A DNA stretch of 64,000 bases from Rhizophagus irregularis. Taxonomy: Eukaryota. The notes under the pieces were generated by a model. That model searched no databases. It saw only the letters and a program-made list of their open reading frames with translations, and was not told the origin of the DNA. Every line of letters begins with the position of its first letter. Position 1 is the stretch's first letter. Of the stretch, positions 61,191 through 64,000 are shown in pieces. The stretch spans positions 3,658,001 to 3,722,000 of the forward strand of contig NC_089434.1 in the NCBI RefSeq assembly GCF_026210795.1, given 5' to 3'. The position numbers were made by a program, and so were the translations under genes.

Positions 61191-64000
61191 GATTGGAGAC
61201 TTTATATTACCTAGATGAAGTTTTGATCTTAAAGCGATGGTTAAAGGCTAATATTTAGAGGATTAGAAAGGTATAAGAGTAAAGACAATGTAAATAAATA
61301 TACAGCCTTTAAATCTATAAGAAAAATATCACATAAAAATCTATTACTGTTACATTGCACAACTCTTACAGGACATGGTAATGAAGGCCTGCAAAAATTA
61401 TATTCTAATTATATAATAAAAAGTTGGAATAAGAAAATTTTAAAAGATATTGAAAAATATATACAGTATATATAAAAAAAAATCAAAAAAATAAAAATCC
61501 TCATCAAAGAAAATATCCTTATTGGCAGTTCAATTGACCTTAATTCATATTTATAATATGTGAACTCTATATTGAATTAAAATATTTTGAAGGAAAAAAA
61601 ATTAGCTGAAAGATGAATAAGAGAAATGAATTACTTGCACCATTAATCAACATAGTAATGAATGAAGTAAAAATAAATGGAAAATATTTCTATATTTAAA
61701 CGTTTGGCTTATCTTCACTAGTAATAAAGGTCTAGAATTTTCAGCTAATACCTGTTTAAAGATGATGTTTCACAAGTGGGAAAGAAATACCCGGATTATT
61801 CTATTAATAGAACCATTCAGATGACTTCCACATTAATTCAACAATTGAGTCAAACTGAATTCCAGGATTTGGTGCTGAAATTGATTGAAATTTTCAACAG
61901 TGTTGAAATTTGGAAGGAATAATATTACTAGTATTTTGACAACTGATGATGAATTATTGTTAGGAAATAATAATATACATATTAGTAAAATCTTCCTATA
62001 GTTGTAATAGTGATTATTATTTAAATGAAAAAGGGTCTGTTTTCAGTATGTTAGAAATAGTGCCAAAAAAGTAAAAGCCAATTTTGCTTGGGAAGAAGTA
62101 ATTATTATTAAAAAAATAAATGCAAGAAGAAATTGAAAATGATAAGTATAAAGAAAAAAAATAGAAAAAAAGTACTACTATGTTTAGACTATTTGACTCC
62201 TTTGAAGAACTAAGTAAAGTGAAAGAATGGAATGATTCTCTTCTAGAAGAAAATCTTTGATATTTGAACGGAAATTAGAGGATCAAATCGAAGAAATGGA
62301 AGAGAAAATTAAAATTCTTGAACAAGGTTTCAAAGTACAATATCAGATCTTCGCTCCACTAAATTAAATCTTGGATGCTGAAATCTCAACATTTAGAATT
62401 TAATACATAACCACGAAATTTTTTCAAACATAATTAGTTTGAATTTTTATGATACCAAAATATATTTTGTTACAGATGTTGTCTCGTATTTGGATTGATT
62501 ATGCCTTCACCAAAAAAATTTGTAACCAAGCCCATTAATTTATTTATATACTATAACAATAGATATATTTCTCTTAATTAAAAAAATAATATAAAAAATA
62601 AAACAACTAATAATTGAACTACGCATATTTTTTTTTTTACTTTAGTTTATATGATATATGTATATAATATCCCTCATATATTTTATATATGATATATATA
62701 ATTTAGAACAATATTTAATTATTTCATACACTAATTAACTCTAGTATACATTTTAAAACTCAAGAAGAGAAAAAGAGAACTATATATTTTAAAAGTTAAA
62801 TTTCATTGGAAAAATAATTTCAACTTTCAAAGACACTGGCTGTATATTAGTAATAGTAGTCAACCAACATACACATTTGTTCTGTTGGGAATTGCATACT
62901 CTTTATTATCTAATTAATTATATAGACTTTATTGATATCCTTCAAAAAAAATTTTTCAAGATTGGCTTACAAAACAAAGCATAAATAAAGTAATACTGTA
63001 AATACATAGAATATATAAGATGGATTTAGTTTTCATGAGGAAATGTTAAATAGAATTGATGCATAAGTTTTTCAACCTTTTTATTTAATTGAAAAATTAT
63101 AATAGAACAAATAATTAAAAGAAATTTATTAATAAATTTAATATAGTTTAGATAAATAATAGAATTATAGTCAAAATAGCAAACATGAGGAAAGGAAAGA
63201 CATTAAAAATTTAGACCTAAGTGAATGCCACTTGACGATGAAAAAAGTCTTGAGAAGTAGAATATAAAACTTAAAGTTGAAGAAGATTCCATAATAAACT
63301 TTTGGAATTATAGAAACATAAAGTGGCCTTAACTCATTGCAGACTTTGGTGCTCAAACTTTCCCTCAAATATGGAACGAAATTTTTTATAACATCCTCTG
63401 TATCATGGGAGACGATCCTACTGTCCAAAAAGTTGTAGTAATAGTTTAAGATTATGAATCTGATTTATTATATATATTCTTAAAAACTTGATATTTCAAG
63501 TCAGGCATAATTAAGAGTAAAAAATTAGACCAATGTTTTTCCTAAATGAAAAAGTAAATTTAGTAAATAATATATTATCCTAATCCTATGTCCATACCTT
63601 AACTATGGTATTATATTAGTTTAGTTAATCAATAAATTCTTCAACAGCTATTCCTTCATTTAATTGAAAATATAATAGAACCAAATAACTGAAGGAAAAA
63701 TTATTAATATATATATTTTTAATAAATAATATAGTAAAAAATATATATACAATTACAAACCTCAGTAAAGGAAAGAGATTAAAAACAAAGAAATAACCTA
63801 AGATTATAGTTCTAGAAGAATTGGTTATGATAGATATTCTTTTATTTTGACTATAAACTTAAATAATATACAATTATAAATATTATTGTTAAATCATATA
63901 TATTTCTTTATTATTAAGATGTCTTATAACAATATTTTGAGAAGTTTCAATCATTATAGTAATAATAGCAAATATACTCCATATATATAGATTATATACA

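Overview
AT-rich, intron-containing eukaryotic DNA. Gene families and repeat content (F-box/LRR, expanded TKL-type kinase, MedA-like gene, Gypsy and many MITEs) suggest an arbuscular mycorrhizal fungus (Rhizophagus-like); this taxonomic call is inference. There are four host genes: a 12-exon SRP receptor alpha (8579-12593), a MedA-like gene, an F-box/LRR gene with a decayed tandem paralogue, and a kinase with six duplicated N-lobe modules. Two things stand out. (1) SRP receptor alpha carries a 436-aa VMA1-style intein in its GTPase P-loop (GVNGVGK|C...HN|ST). The intein is split by a spliceosomal intron, has another intron exactly at its C-terminal splice junction, and has degenerate LAGLIDADG motifs. 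(2) An apparently very young 11-kb Ty3/Gypsy element (identical-looking 643-bp LTRs, ACAG target-site duplication) has integrase uncoupled from RT and fused to a thymidylate-kinase-like P-loop domain. It also has an in-frame TGA-CTA gag/protease junction, extra ORFs, and a tRNA-Gly-like sequence beside the PPT that resembles its inferred primer tRNA. The rest is nested DNA-transposon/MITE debris and Helitron/Gypsy relics. All calls were made by reading the sequence by eye; no searches were run.
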